Program-made: the position numbers and the translations under genes | Assembly: GCA_035063585.1 (NCBI GenBank) | Contig: JAPSGB010000005.1 | Span: 128,001-192,000, forward strand | Length of the DNA stretch: 64,000 bases | Direction of reading: 5' to 3' | DNA from: Polyangiaceae bacterium | GTDB lineage: Bacteria; Myxococcota_A; Polyangia; Polyangiales; Polyangiaceae | Shown here: one piece after another, positions 12,226 to 22,099 of the stretch | How positions within the stretch are numbered: the first letter of the stretch is position 1 | Layout: the number at the start of each line of letters is the position of its first letter | Notes under the pieces: generated by a model | What the model was told of the DNA's origin: nothing | Seen by the model: only the letters and a program-made list of their open reading frames with translations | The model's database searches: none

Positions 12226-12622
12226 GCTTTTCAAGTACGACGTCCGAGTGCGCGAGCGGCTGATGCGAAAGGGCCAGCTCAGCGAGGCCGAGGTTCGCGC
12301 GCACCTCGATGCGCTACCCGATAGCGTCTCGAACTCCGAGGTGGTCGCGAGCGCGCAGCCGGCGGTCGGTCGCCCCGAAGAGCACGCTCGTGCGGCCCGC
12401 ATGCGGGACCTGCGGGGTCCGCTCACTCCGCCGCTCGCTCGCCCACCGGCGGCGCCGCCGGTCGCGATGTCCTTCGAGGACGACGATGACGACGACGGCG
12501 GTGACGACGCGCTCGAGGCGTCGGCGGCCGATGACGATGACGACTCGGACGATGACGACGACGCGCTTCCCGACGAGAGCGATACGTCCGAGGACAAGGA
12601 CTCCGAGGAGGAGGATTCGTGA
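12212..12622 (+). CDS. Hypothetical protein with Asp/Glu-rich C-terminal tail
   Basis: Overlaps both neighbours. Short folded N-terminus (YDVRVRERLMRKG...LPD) followed by an acidic low-complexity tail. Confidence 0.75.
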   Translation: MSESELFKYDVRVRERLMRKGQLSEAEVRAHLDALPDSVSNSEVVASAQPAVGRPEEHARAARMRDLRGPLTPPLARPPAAPPVAMSFEDDDDDDGGDDALEASAADDDDDSDDDDDALPDESDTSEDKDSEEEDS

Positions 12623-12972
12623 GTCGAGACGAGGCGGGGCCGGACTCCGCGGCGCTCGAAGCGAGTGAGGCCGCCTTCGCGTCGGCGAAGGCGACCGCCG
12701 CGGCGGCTGGGGACGCGGAGCTTCCGGCCATCGATTTCGCGACCTTCGTGCTGTCGTTCGCGCATTCGGCCCTGGTCCACCTCGGGGATGCGCCGAACCC
12801 CGCAGACGGGGCGACCAGCGTCGAGCTGCCCATGGCGCGCCAGACGATCGATCTGTTGACGCTCCTTCAGGAGAAGACGAAGGGCAACCTGAGCGGCGAG
12901 GAGGAGCGGATCGTCGAGCAGGTGCTCTACGATCTCAGGATGCGCTACGTCGAGGTCGCGAAATCCCGGTGA
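12619..12972 (+). CDS. DUF1844 family protein
   Basis: IDFATFVLS...ALVHLG...NP...ARQTIDLL..LQEKTKGNL..EE...LYDLRMRYV. Confidence 0.85.
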   Translation: MSRDEAGPDSAALEASEAAFASAKATAAAAGDAELPAIDFATFVLSFAHSALVHLGDAPNPADGATSVELPMARQTIDLLTLLQEKTKGNLSGEEERIVEQVLYDLRMRYVEVAKSR

Positions 12973-14135
12973 GAGCTCGCTGGATCTCCGTCGCGTCGGT
13001 CGTGCTCGGCCTCGCCGCGCAAGACTGCAAGCGCACGAGCGCGTCCGCTCCGGACGCCGCGCCTGCGGAGCCGTCTGGCGCGGTCCCGGCGACGGCTCCG
13101 CTCGGGCCGCCCCCGGCGCCGCTACCCGCGTCGCCGCCCGCCAATGCGCCGGCGAGCTTCGCGGAGCTGGCCGCCCGCGCAGACTCGGCGGTCGTGTTCG
13201 TGAGGACGGTTCAAGAGCAGCGGGGGCGCACGGGTAGGCGCCGGGTGTTGCAGCAGGGGCTCGGCACGGGGTTCGTCTACGATCCCTCCGGCCTGATCCT
13301 GACCAACAACCACGTCATCGAGAACGCGACCGAGGTCACCGTCACCATCGGCAAGCAGCCCGAGCAGAAGGCGACCATCGTCGGCCGCGATCCGCTGGTC
13401 GACGTCGCGGTGCTGAGGGTCGAGGGCAAGGCTGGCTTCGCTCACCTTCCGCTCGGGGACTCGGACGTCACGCGCGTCGGTGACTGGGTGCTCGCCATCG
13501 GCAACCCGTTCGGGCTATCGCACACGGTGTCGGCCGGGATCGTGTCCGCGAAGGGAAGGACGCGCGACTCGGTGCGAGGGCTCGGCGACAAGTCCGGCTA
13601 CTACAACTTCATCCAGACCGATGCGAGCATCAACCCCGGCAACTCGGGAGGGCCGCTCCTCGACACGGCAGGTCGCGTGATTGGCATCAACACGGCCATT
13701 CGCGCGAACGCCAACGGGATCGGCTTCGCGATCCCCATCAACATGGTGAAGGATCTCCTGCCGGCGCTCATCAAGGACGGCAAGATCAACCGGAGCGCGA
13801 TCGGGATCGTGGTGTCGTCGGTGCTCCCGGAGGATGTCGCGCGTCTCCGGCTTCGAGACGCCTCGGGCGCGCTGATCCGCCAGATCCAGCCCGGCGGACC
13901 GGCGGACCGCGCCGGACTGCGTCCGGACGACGTGGTCGTCGGCTTCCAAGGGCAGCCCACGCCTGGGCCGGAGAAGCTCCGGTGGCTCGCCAGCCTCGCG
14001 GGCGTGGGGTCCACGGTGACGGTGCGCGTGGAGCGAGGCTCGCGCGCCTTCGACGTCAAGGTGGCGCTCGAGGCCCTCCCCGAGCAGCCGGCAGCCCCGG
14101 AGCCGGAGGAGGAGGAGCCGTTCGGCTTCCCGTGA
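12969..14135 (+). CDS. HtrA/DegP-family serine protease with one PDZ domain
   Basis: GTGFV, TNNHV (His), DVAVL (Asp), IQTDASINPGNSGGPL (Ser), C-terminal PDZ. Confidence 0.93.
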   Translation: MRARWISVASVVLGLAAQDCKRTSASAPDAAPAEPSGAVPATAPLGPPPAPLPASPPANAPASFAELAARADSAVVFVRTVQEQRGRTGRRRVLQQGLGTGFVYDPSGLILTNNHVIENATEVTVTIGKQPEQKATIVGRDPLVDVAVLRVEGKAGFAHLPLGDSDVTRVGDWVLAIGNPFGLSHTVSAGIVSAKGRTRDSVRGLGDKSGYYNFIQTDASINPGNSGGPLLDTAGRVIGINTAIRANANGIGFAIPINMVKDLLPALIKDGKINRSAIGIVVSSVLPEDVARLRLRDASGALIRQIQPGGPADRAGLRPDDVVVGFQGQPTPGPEKLRWLASLAGVGSTVTVRVERGSRAFDVKVALEALPEQPAAPEPEEEEPFGFP

Positions 14136-14192
14136 GGTGGGCGTCCGCTCCAGGGTGGGGGGAGCCGGCCCGGACTTTGCGTATGACTTTGC

Positions 14193-15011
14193 GTGCTGCG
14201 CGTCATGGAGGTCGATTTTCACGAGTCGGAGCCGGAGCCGGCGTCTACGGACTCCCCGCGGGCGCGTCCCGAGCGGCGACCCGCCGCGCTCGGGCCCGGG
14301 CGGGTCGAGGGGGGGGAGCCGCATGATCGTGATGTCGCGGTGGGTGTGAATAGCGCAGAGGCAGAGGCGTCAAACAAGAGCCTCCGGAGAGCCGAGGCGG
14401 AAGAGGACCGTGCACTCGTCGAACAGGCCCAAGCTGGCGATCTCGCGGCGTTTCGCCAGTTGGTGGTTCGCCACCAGCGCCGCGCATTCACGATCGCGCT
14501 CGCCCTGGTACGTGACGAGCACGACGCCCGAGACGTCGTCCAGGAGGCCTTCCTGCGGGTCTATCGAGGGCTCGGCGCGTTCAACGGGGGGTCCAGCTTC
14601 TTCACGTGGCTCTATCGCATCGTCACCAACCTCTCGATCGACCTCATGCGAAAGCCGACGCGCCGAGAGACGAGCTTGGAGGATTCGTACGAGCCGAGGG
14701 ACGAGGCCGAGGCCCCGCTGGTCGCTCGAATCGACGGCGCCGACCCGCTCGACGTCGTGCGACGACGTCAACTCGCCGAGCGCATCGGTGCGGCGCTCGA
14801 TGCCCTACCGTCCTACCATCGCGGGGTGATCTTGATGCGCGAGATCGAAGGCTTGAGCTACGAGGAAATGGCGGAGGCGATGGGCGTATCCAAGGGCACC
14901 ATCATGAGTCGCCTATTTCACGCGCGTCAGAAGCTGCAACGCGCGCTCGCCGACTGCTACGCGGAGCAATTCGGTCGCGAGCCCGAGTCCGGCAAGGTGA
15001 GGGCGCGATGA
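14193..15011 (+). CDS. ECF RNA polymerase sigma factor
   Basis: DVVQEAFLRVY, FFTWLYRIVTN (region 2), GLSYEEMAEAMGVSKGTIMSRLFHAR (region 4). True start may be 14205 or GTG 14346. Confidence 0.92.
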   Translation: MLRVMEVDFHESEPEPASTDSPRARPERRPAALGPGRVEGGEPHDRDVAVGVNSAEAEASNKSLRRAEAEEDRALVEQAQAGDLAAFRQLVVRHQRRAFTIALALVRDEHDARDVVQEAFLRVYRGLGAFNGGSSFFTWLYRIVTNLSIDLMRKPTRRETSLEDSYEPRDEAEAPLVARIDGADPLDVVRRRQLAERIGAALDALPSYHRGVILMREIEGLSYEEMAEAMGVSKGTIMSRLFHARQKLQRALADCYAEQFGREPESGKVRAR

Positions 15012-15598
15012 GCGAGGAATTCGACGAGCAAGAGCTCATGTCGTTCTACGATGGCGAGCTCCCCGATGATCGGGTCGCGGTCTGGGAGGAGCGCCTTCGG
15101 AGTGACGAGGAGGCCGCGAACGCGCTCGCGCGGCTCCGTTCGATTGGAGACGCGGTCCGCCAGCTCTCCGACGAGCGTGGAGCGGGGGGCGCCCAGATCG
15201 CCGACGCGGTGATGGCGGCCATCGCTCGGGACGGGCAGGGCGCCGCCGCTCGTCCGGCCTCTACCTGGCGCCGCCTCGCGCCGGTCGCGGCCGCGACGCT
15301 CGCGCTCGCGGCGGCCGTGACGCTGGTGCTTCGAGGCGCTGGAGAACGAGCGGGCGCCGTCGGGACGCCGGCCGAGAGCGCTGTGTCGGCCAACGGGCCG
15401 GCCCCGGCGCGCTCGGAGGCCGTCGAGCCGAGCGAGGCCGCCGAGCCGGAGATGGTCCCGGCAGTCGCGATCGAGTCGGTGGATTTCGGAGCGCATGATG
15501 GGACCATCTTCATGGTCCAGAGCGGCGACACCGACACGCCCGTGGTCTGGTTGGTGGATGAGCCGTCGCGGCCCCACGATAGAATCGAGCCCCTATGA
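15008..15598 (+). CDS. Putative membrane-anchored anti-sigma factor
   Basis: ATG 15008 overlaps the sigma stop. LMSFYDGEL anti-sigma-like N-terminus, one TM helix, short periplasmic domain. Confidence 0.8.
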   Translation: MSEEFDEQELMSFYDGELPDDRVAVWEERLRSDEEAANALARLRSIGDAVRQLSDERGAGGAQIADAVMAAIARDGQGAAARPASTWRRLAPVAAATLALAAAVTLVLRGAGERAGAVGTPAESAVSANGPAPARSEAVEPSEAAEPEMVPAVAIESVDFGAHDGTIFMVQSGDTDTPVVWLVDEPSRPHDRIEPL

Positions 15599-16125
15599 CC
15601 CGTCTTGTCACCTCGCTCTTGATCGCGCTCTCGGCCGTCGCCGCGCCGTCGTTCGCCGGGGCCGCGCCTGAGCCCGCGGCTCCCCCCGCCGACTCCCGTG
15701 GTGGCGCCGATAGCGGCGCGTCGCCGAAGCCGGAACCGAAGGCGCCGGTGGCGGTCGAGGTCACCGTCCTCCACGCCACCAACTCGAAGCGGGGCATCGA
15801 CAAGCGCATCGGCGACATGCCGGAGCTGAAGAAGCCGCCGTTTTCGTCTTACGACAGCTACGAGCTCCTCTCACGGGAGCGTCTCCCGCTCGTGAAGGGG
15901 GACGCGAAGGATCTGAGGCTGCCAAACGGCCGTGTGCTGCAGTCGAAGCTGCTCGAAATCCTGCCGAAGGACACCTTCCGTATCTCGGCCAGCATCAACA
16001 AACCGGGCGGCAAGACCTTTCTTCCGCTGCTCGAGGTCAAGGCGCACCTCGGCCAGGCGTTCATCGTGGCCGGGCAGAGCTACAAGAACGGGATCCTGGT
16101 GCTGGTCATCCGAGTGACTCGCTAG
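15595..16125 (+). CDS. Exported hypothetical protein coupled to the ECF/anti-sigma pair
   Basis: ATGA overlap, signal peptide (…APSFA), Pro-rich linker, beta-rich domain. Confidence 0.8.
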   Translation: MTRLVTSLLIALSAVAAPSFAGAAPEPAAPPADSRGGADSGASPKPEPKAPVAVEVTVLHATNSKRGIDKRIGDMPELKKPPFSSYDSYELLSRERLPLVKGDAKDLRLPNGRVLQSKLLEILPKDTFRISASINKPGGKTFLPLLEVKAHLGQAFIVAGQSYKNGILVLVIRVTR

Positions 16126-16129
16126 GCGG

Positions 16130-17350
16130 TCACTGCGCCAGCGGCAGCTCCAGCGTGAACACCGTGCCGTGACCGGGTGCGCTCTCCACGCTCAGCGTGC
16201 CGCCGTGCGCGTCGACGATCTTGCGGATGATGGACAGCCCGAGCCCGGTACCTCGCCCGTTCGGCTTCGTGGTGAAGAACGGATCGTAGATCCGCGAGAG
16301 TGTCACGGGATCCATCCCGACTCCCTGGTCCGCGACGTCGATGCGAGCCAGCTGCCCCTCGCGTGAGGTGGTCACCGTGAGCGATAGTACCCCGCCGTGC
16401 GCGGACATCGCGTGCGCCGCGTTGACGAACAAGTTCACGAACAGCTGCACGAGCTGGCTCGAGATGCCCGTGACGGTGAGCTCGGGGTCGCTCGCCGAGC
16501 GCTCGAGCTCGACCCGGTTTTCCAGAAGGTCGTGCTCCGAGAACGCGAGCGCCTTGTCGAGCACGGTTGCCAATCGAACCGGGGCGGCGCTCTCCCCCGA
16601 TGGTCGCGCGTAGTCGATGAGATCTCGCGCGAAGGCGAGGATGCGCGCAGCCGCCTCTGCGACCCGCCGCAGGCGTTCCTCGTCCTCGGCGTCGCCGCGA
16701 GCCTGGGCGCGGCCGAGGAGATGGTCCGAGTACGCCATGATCGTAGTGAGCGGGTTATTGAGCTCGTGAACCACGCCGGCCACGACATGGCCGAGAGAGG
16801 CGAGCTTGCCGGTTTGGATCGCCTCTGCTCGAAGCTGCTCGAGCGCCAGCAGGTTCGCGCGCTCACGCGCGGAGCGCCGAGCCCGCGCGAGGCCCATCCG
16901 GAACACCAGCGCCGCGCCCTCCGCCGTCCGGAGCAACTCCGGGGCCGAGGAGGTGACGCCGAGGGCGTCTCCGGCGAGGTGCAGCGTCGCCTCTGCCGAG
17001 CCGTCGCCGACCGCGAACACTCGCTCGAAGCGCTGCCTCGCGAAGAGGCGCGTCGGGGTCGAGCCGTCTCCCTTGGCGAGCGCGACCGGACTCGAAGCGA
17101 CGATCTCTGGCTCATCGCTCGGTGAGGCTGCGACGCTCGCGCCGACCAGGCATCCGGGGAGCAGCGCGGCCAGCGTATCGACCACCCGGCGAGCGACCGT
17201 GAGCGAGTCGGCGTCCTCCGGCAAGTCGACGGCGAGCGCGAGCATGGCGTCGCGCCATTGCGTGGGCGGTACGGTTCGAGGCCCGGACGGCGCAGGGATC
17301 GAATCTCCCTCCCGTGAACCAGGGAGCTCGTCGTCGCGCTGTGCCGTCAC
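16130..17350 (-). CDS. Cytoplasmic histidine kinase
   Basis: VVHELNNPL, QLFVNLFVNAAHAM, DQGVG, PFFTTK, GTGLGL. Confidence 0.92.
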   Translation of the reverse strand: MTAQRDDELPGSREGDSIPAPSGPRTVPPTQWRDAMLALAVDLPEDADSLTVARRVVDTLAALLPGCLVGASVAASPSDEPEIVASSPVALAKGDGSTPTRLFARQRFERVFAVGDGSAEATLHLAGDALGVTSSAPELLRTAEGAALVFRMGLARARRSARERANLLALEQLRAEAIQTGKLASLGHVVAGVVHELNNPLTTIMAYSDHLLGRAQARGDAEDEERLRRVAEAAARILAFARDLIDYARPSGESAAPVRLATVLDKALAFSEHDLLENRVELERSASDPELTVTGISSQLVQLFVNLFVNAAHAMSAHGGVLSLTVTTSREGQLARIDVADQGVGMDPVTLSRIYDPFFTTKPNGRGTGLGLSIIRKIVDAHGGTLSVESAPGHGTVFTLELPLAQ

Positions 17351-19371
17351 CTCTGGCCTCCCTTGTCGTCGGTGGTATCCCCGCTCGATTTCTCGAGGTC
17401 CAAGATCCGGGCCTCGCCCACGTAACTCTTGGTCTCGTAACGAGTGATCTTGCCGATCTTCCTCACGATCTCCGCCATGCGCTCCGCCTCGCCGATGATC
17501 ACGCCGACTGCGTTCTCGAGTGAGGCATCGCCTCTCACGCTACGCCGGAGCAGCTCGGCGTAGCCAATCACGCTCGTCAATGGCTGATTCAGCTCATGGG
17601 CCGCCGTCCCGGCGAGCTCGGCGACGATGGCCTGCTTCTCTCGGGCGCGCAGCTCTTCCTGGGCCTCGTGTAGGCGCGTCTCCATCCGCAGCTTCTCCCG
17701 GTTGTCCGTGAAGATGCCGACGGAACCGAGCACCTGGTCGCCGTCCATGATGAGCGCCGCCGAGAGGGTGACCGGGAGCGGGCAACCCCTGGCGTCCACC
17801 ATGTCCACGCGATGACCTTCGAGCCGCCCGGGCCCGCTCAGGTTCGGATCGCGGATCTTCCTCATCACGTCACGGGCCACGCCGGCCGGATAGAGCTTCT
17901 CGACCGACATCTTGCCGACGACCTGCTCGGGCGAATACCCAAAGATTCGGCTCGCGGCGCGGTTGAACAAGACCACGGTCCCGCTGAGATCCGCCGAGAT
18001 GATCCCGTCCACGGAGCTGTCGATGACGCGCTCGAGCGACTCCTTGGTCTGCTTGAGCTCGACCGCCGTCTTACGCTCCTGGGTCGCGTCACGGAACGTG
18101 AACAGGATCGCGTCGTCTTCGTGCAAGACCGAGCTGAAGCTGACGCTGATGATGACGGGGTCGCCGCGGCTCGTCAGCACGTGGAGATCGACCCCGCGGG
18201 GATAGACACCCTCCGCGAAGCCGCGGAGCAGGCGCGCGCTCGGCGCGCGGTCCGACTCGACGACGAGCTCGCTGAGCCGAAGGCTCATGAACTCGGTCTC
18301 GCTGAACCCAAGGATCTCCCGCGCGCGTGGGTTCCCAAATAAGACGTAGCCCTCGCGATCGATGACCACCATCCCGTCGGCTGCGCTCTCGAAGAAATCG
18401 GCGTATCGTTGAAAGAGCTGCACGCGGCGCTCAGCCTCGACTCGCGCGAAGGTGCTCTGCTGCGTCTCGTCGCGAAGCGTCTGAAGGATCCGGGCGTTCC
18501 TGAGCGCGATAGCGGTAGCGTTGGCGACCGTGTGGACCAGCGCCATCTCATGATCGCTGAAGGCGGCGGAGCGGCGCGAGCGGAGAAAGAGCACGCCCAT
18601 GGCTCGCTCTTCGGTGATGATGGGGGCGAGCGCCAGCGAGCAGAACGCGAGGGGTGGCTCGGTGCGACGGAGCGCCTCGAAGAGCGGGTGCTCGCTCGAG
18701 TCTCGAATGACCAGGGTGTGCCCGGTCCTCAAGACCTCGCGGATCTCGGGATACTTCGCCAGGTCCAACGGCAAGTCACGAACGTGCTCGTCGTCGCTCG
18801 TCGCGAGGACGAACCCGACGTTGCCGTGATCACCGATCAACACGATGCTGCACCGATCGACTCGCACGACGTCCGCGACGCGCTTCACGACCGTGAAGAG
18901 AATGTCTCGAATGTCGAGCGTCGAGGCGAGGGCCTGGGTCATCTCGAGCACCGTATGCGCGTCTCGTTCCCGACGGCTCAGCTGCTCGACGTACTCGCGC
19001 AGGCGCAGTTGCCCCTTGACTCGCGCGACGAGCTCCGCCGGGCGAAACGGCTTGTGGACGTAGTCGTCGGCGCCGGAGGCGAACACCCGCTCGATCTCAT
19101 CATCCGCGTCGAGCCCGGTCAGCACGACGACGGGCACGTCGGCGAGGTGCTTGCGAGCGCGAACATACCTGAGGATCGCGAAACCATCGGGTTCGGGCAT
19201 GACCAGGTCGAGGAGCACCGCCGCGGGTTGGTTCACCTCGAGCCAGGCGAGCGCCGCGGCGCCTCCCGCCATGGCCTCGCAGGTGAGGCCCTCCGCGGTC
19301 AGCGCGTCGCGCAGGACGTGGCGGCTCACGGCGTCGTCATCGACGACGAGGATGGGGCCGTCCGTCGTCAC
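17347..19371 (-). CDS. REC-GAF-PAS-PAS-HisKA protein lacking the HATPase domain
   Basis: ILVVDDD, LLDLVMP and GADDYVHKPF receiver; GAF; two PAS-like repeats; AHELNQPL; ends about 75 aa after the His with no N/G1/F/G2 boxes. Confidence 0.88.
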   Translation of the reverse strand: MTTDGPILVVDDDAVSRHVLRDALTAEGLTCEAMAGGAAALAWLEVNQPAAVLLDLVMPEPDGFAILRYVRARKHLADVPVVVLTGLDADDEIERVFASGADDYVHKPFRPAELVARVKGQLRLREYVEQLSRRERDAHTVLEMTQALASTLDIRDILFTVVKRVADVVRVDRCSIVLIGDHGNVGFVLATSDDEHVRDLPLDLAKYPEIREVLRTGHTLVIRDSSEHPLFEALRRTEPPLAFCSLALAPIITEERAMGVLFLRSRRSAAFSDHEMALVHTVANATAIALRNARILQTLRDETQQSTFARVEAERRVQLFQRYADFFESAADGMVVIDREGYVLFGNPRAREILGFSETEFMSLRLSELVVESDRAPSARLLRGFAEGVYPRGVDLHVLTSRGDPVIISVSFSSVLHEDDAILFTFRDATQERKTAVELKQTKESLERVIDSSVDGIISADLSGTVVLFNRAASRIFGYSPEQVVGKMSVEKLYPAGVARDVMRKIRDPNLSGPGRLEGHRVDMVDARGCPLPVTLSAALIMDGDQVLGSVGIFTDNREKLRMETRLHEAQEELRAREKQAIVAELAGTAAHELNQPLTSVIGYAELLRRSVRGDASLENAVGVIIGEAERMAEIVRKIGKITRYETKSYVGEARILDLEKSSGDTTDDKGGQR

Positions 19372-19525
19372 GCCTCGATCTTAGCCGTGGAGAGGCGATT
19401 CGTGCAAACTGGCGCGCGGGCTCGAGGAGCCGGGCACGCCCCCGTGACACCGGCTCCGCGCCGCCAACGCTCGCTCGTGAGCCTGGCCCTGCGTGCGCCC
19501 GGGCGTCGCCGGCCCGCGCTCTGCC

Positions 19526-22099
19526 TCAGCCGCAGGTGCCGTTCGAGAGGCAGCGCTGTCCCGGGCCGCAGGTAGTCGCCCCGCACTTGCACACGCCGCC
19601 GCTACAGGTTCCGGGTGCCCCCCCATTGCAGTCGGCGTCTCCGTCGCACGCGCACTTGCTGCTCGCGCACACGAACCCCGGCGCGCAGGCGCGACCGCAT
19701 GCCCCGCAGTTTGCAGCGTCGCTGCTCAGGGTCTTGCAGCCGCCTTGCTGACAGCAAACCTGCGAGCTCGAACACTTGTCGCCGCCGTTGCAATGGCAGT
19801 CGTTGGGGATCCCTCCGCACTTCTCCCCCGGGCGACACGTGTTCGAACCGCCGAGGTTGTTGCAGACGCACAAGCCGCCGTTGCACGAGCGGCTGAGCGA
19901 CTCGCACTCGGAGTCTTTGGTGCACGCGCAGACGTTATTCGAGCAGCCCTGGAGCCCTTGTTTGGTGCAGTCGTTCGTGCAGCTCCCGCAGGCCGTCTTG
20001 CTGCTGGGAGTCTCGCAGGCGTTGTCGGCGGCGGGGGCGGCGGGAGTGCTGCAGTTGGCCGAGCCGAGCGCGCAGGACGACCGGCACAGGCCGCCCGCGC
20101 ACATCCTGGCCTCGACGTTGGTGCCACCGCACGCGCGTCCGCAGGCGCCGCAGTCGAGAGAGCTCGTCTCGAGGTTGGTCTCGCAGCCGTCGTCGGGAGA
20201 GGCGGCAGGCGGCGAGGAGCAGTCCGCAAAAGTGCCGGTGCAGCTCGGCGTGCACGCGCCGCCATGGCACGCCGTGGAGGATGCGTGGGTGAGCGAGCAG
20301 GTGCGTCCGCAGGCGCCGCAGTTGGCTGCGTCTTCGAGCGTCTCCGACTCGCATCCATCGTCTGAGGCAGGCGCGGACGGGCGCGTGCAGTTGCCGAATC
20401 CGGGCTCGCAGGACGAGGTGCACACTCCGCCCGCGCAGGCCAAGGCGCTGGTGTGCGTGGCGGCGCACGTGCGACCGCAGAGCCCGCAGTTGGCCGCGTC
20501 GCCTAGGAGGTCCGTCTCGCAGCCGTCGTCGCTGCCCGTGGCCGGCAGGTTGCAGTTGCCGAAGCCTGGCTTGCAGGTCGAGTCGCAGGTTCCGAGCGTA
20601 CAGCTCCGAGTGAGGATGTTCGCGCTCGCGCACGCCCGGCCGCACGCGCCGCAATTGTCTGGGTCGGATGAGGTGCGGGCCTCGCAGCCGTCATCGGCGG
20701 TGTTCTCGGGCGGGGTGGCGCAGTCGGCGTAGCCACTGGCGCAGGTCGGCGCGCACTTGCCAGCCGAGCACGCGAGGCCGGTCGTGTTCGCGCCGCTGCA
20801 GCTGTGCCCGCACGCGCCGCAGGAGCTGAGGTTCGAGGCGAGGTTGGTCTCGCAGCCGTCGTCCGCCACGGGCGCGGCCGGCTTCAAGCAGTTCCCCCAG
20901 CCATCTTCGCAGGTGGACGCGCACGTGCCGCCCGCGCAGACGGGCGTCGTCGCATGGGCCGTGGAGCATGCTCGCCCGCAGGCGCCGCAGTGGTCCGGAG
21001 AGATCCGAAGATCGGACTCGCAGCCGTCGTCCGGCCCGGTGGCAGGCCGCGAGCAGTTTGCGAAGTTCGCGAGGCAAGCGCTCGTGCAGAGTCCGTCGCT
21101 GCAGGTGAGCGCGAGCGTGCCGGCGCTCGAACAGGCTCGGCCGCAGGCGCCGCAGCTCGCCGTGCTCGTCTTTAGGTTGGTCTCGCAGCCGTTGCTGTCG
21201 AGCCCATCGCAGTCCGCGAAGCCGGGAGTACAGCTGTCGATGAGACACTGAGACCCCGCGCACTTGGCCGTCGCGTTCGGGAGGTTGCAGATGTTGCGGC
21301 AGAAGCCGCAGTGGAGCGCCGAAGAGGTGGTGTCCGTCTCGCAGCCGTTCGCCGAATTCCCGTCGCAGTCGGCCTGGCCGTCGGGGCACTGGGACACGGC
21401 GCACTGCCCATCGTCGCAGCTCCAGTTGCCCGCCGACGACGTGCAGTCGTTCGAGCAGGAGCCGCACCTGGACGGATCGGCGAGGATGTTGGTCTCGCAG
21501 CCATCCGTCGAGTCGCCGTTGCAATCCATGAACCCGTCGGAGCAGCTGTCGACCGAGCATTTCGCGCCGGTGCACTTCGCCGTTGCGTTCGGCAGCTCGC
21601 AGCGGGCCGCGCACCCTCCGCAGTTGGCGGGATCCGCGGCGACCTGCGTCTCGCAGCCGTCTGGGATGAGACCGTTGCAGTCCGAGTAGCCGTCGTCACA
21701 AGCGGCGATCGCGCATTTTCCATGCAGGTCACAGGTGGCGCTGGCATTGCGGATCGAGCAAGGCGCGCAGGTCGTCTCGGCGCATCCGAATGCCGGGTTG
21801 GTCTCGAGCACGCAGGTGCCCTCGCAGGGCTTGGTTCCGGGGCCGCACGAGGCCCCATCGGGTGGTGCGTCCTCGGCTGCATCCGACGCATCGAGGTCCC
21901 CCGCGCCGCCGCCCGCGCCGCCTGCTTCGAGCGAGGCGTCGAGCCCTGCCGTGCCGCCGGCCCCGCCGGTGCTCGGCGAGCCGCTGACGCCTGCGGTCGC
22001 GCCCGCGCCTGCGCCCGAGCCGCCGATCGTGAAGCCGTCGAAATCTTGGGTGCAGCTCGCGAGCGCCAGCGACGCCAGAACCAGAAGGAGTCGTCGCAT
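19526..22099 (-). CDS. Large Cys-rich repeat lipoprotein (about 11-12 'DGCET...NCGACGRAC' units)
   Basis: Start ATG 22099 (MRRLLLVLASLALASC lipobox) overlapping the upstream stop; Gly/Ala linker; tandem ~55-aa Cys-rich units. Confidence 0.88.
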   Translation of the reverse strand: MRRLLLVLASLALASCTQDFDGFTIGGSGAGAGATAGVSGSPSTGGAGGTAGLDASLEAGGAGGGAGDLDASDAAEDAPPDGASCGPGTKPCEGTCVLETNPAFGCAETTCAPCSIRNASATCDLHGKCAIAACDDGYSDCNGLIPDGCETQVAADPANCGGCAARCELPNATAKCTGAKCSVDSCSDGFMDCNGDSTDGCETNILADPSRCGSCSNDCTSSAGNWSCDDGQCAVSQCPDGQADCDGNSANGCETDTTSSALHCGFCRNICNLPNATAKCAGSQCLIDSCTPGFADCDGLDSNGCETNLKTSTASCGACGRACSSAGTLALTCSDGLCTSACLANFANCSRPATGPDDGCESDLRISPDHCGACGRACSTAHATTPVCAGGTCASTCEDGWGNCLKPAAPVADDGCETNLASNLSSCGACGHSCSGANTTGLACSAGKCAPTCASGYADCATPPENTADDGCEARTSSDPDNCGACGRACASANILTRSCTLGTCDSTCKPGFGNCNLPATGSDDGCETDLLGDAANCGLCGRTCAATHTSALACAGGVCTSSCEPGFGNCTRPSAPASDDGCESETLEDAANCGACGRTCSLTHASSTACHGGACTPSCTGTFADCSSPPAASPDDGCETNLETSSLDCGACGRACGGTNVEARMCAGGLCRSSCALGSANCSTPAAPAADNACETPSSKTACGSCTNDCTKQGLQGCSNNVCACTKDSECESLSRSCNGGLCVCNNLGGSNTCRPGEKCGGIPNDCHCNGGDKCSSSQVCCQQGGCKTLSSDAANCGACGRACAPGFVCASSKCACDGDADCNGGAPGTCSGGVCKCGATTCGPGQRCLSNGTCG

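Noticed and set aside
17347..19371. Pseudogene or frameshifted hybrid kinase
   Set aside because: The downstream gene has its own N-terminal domain and H-box, so it is not the missing half of a broken gene.
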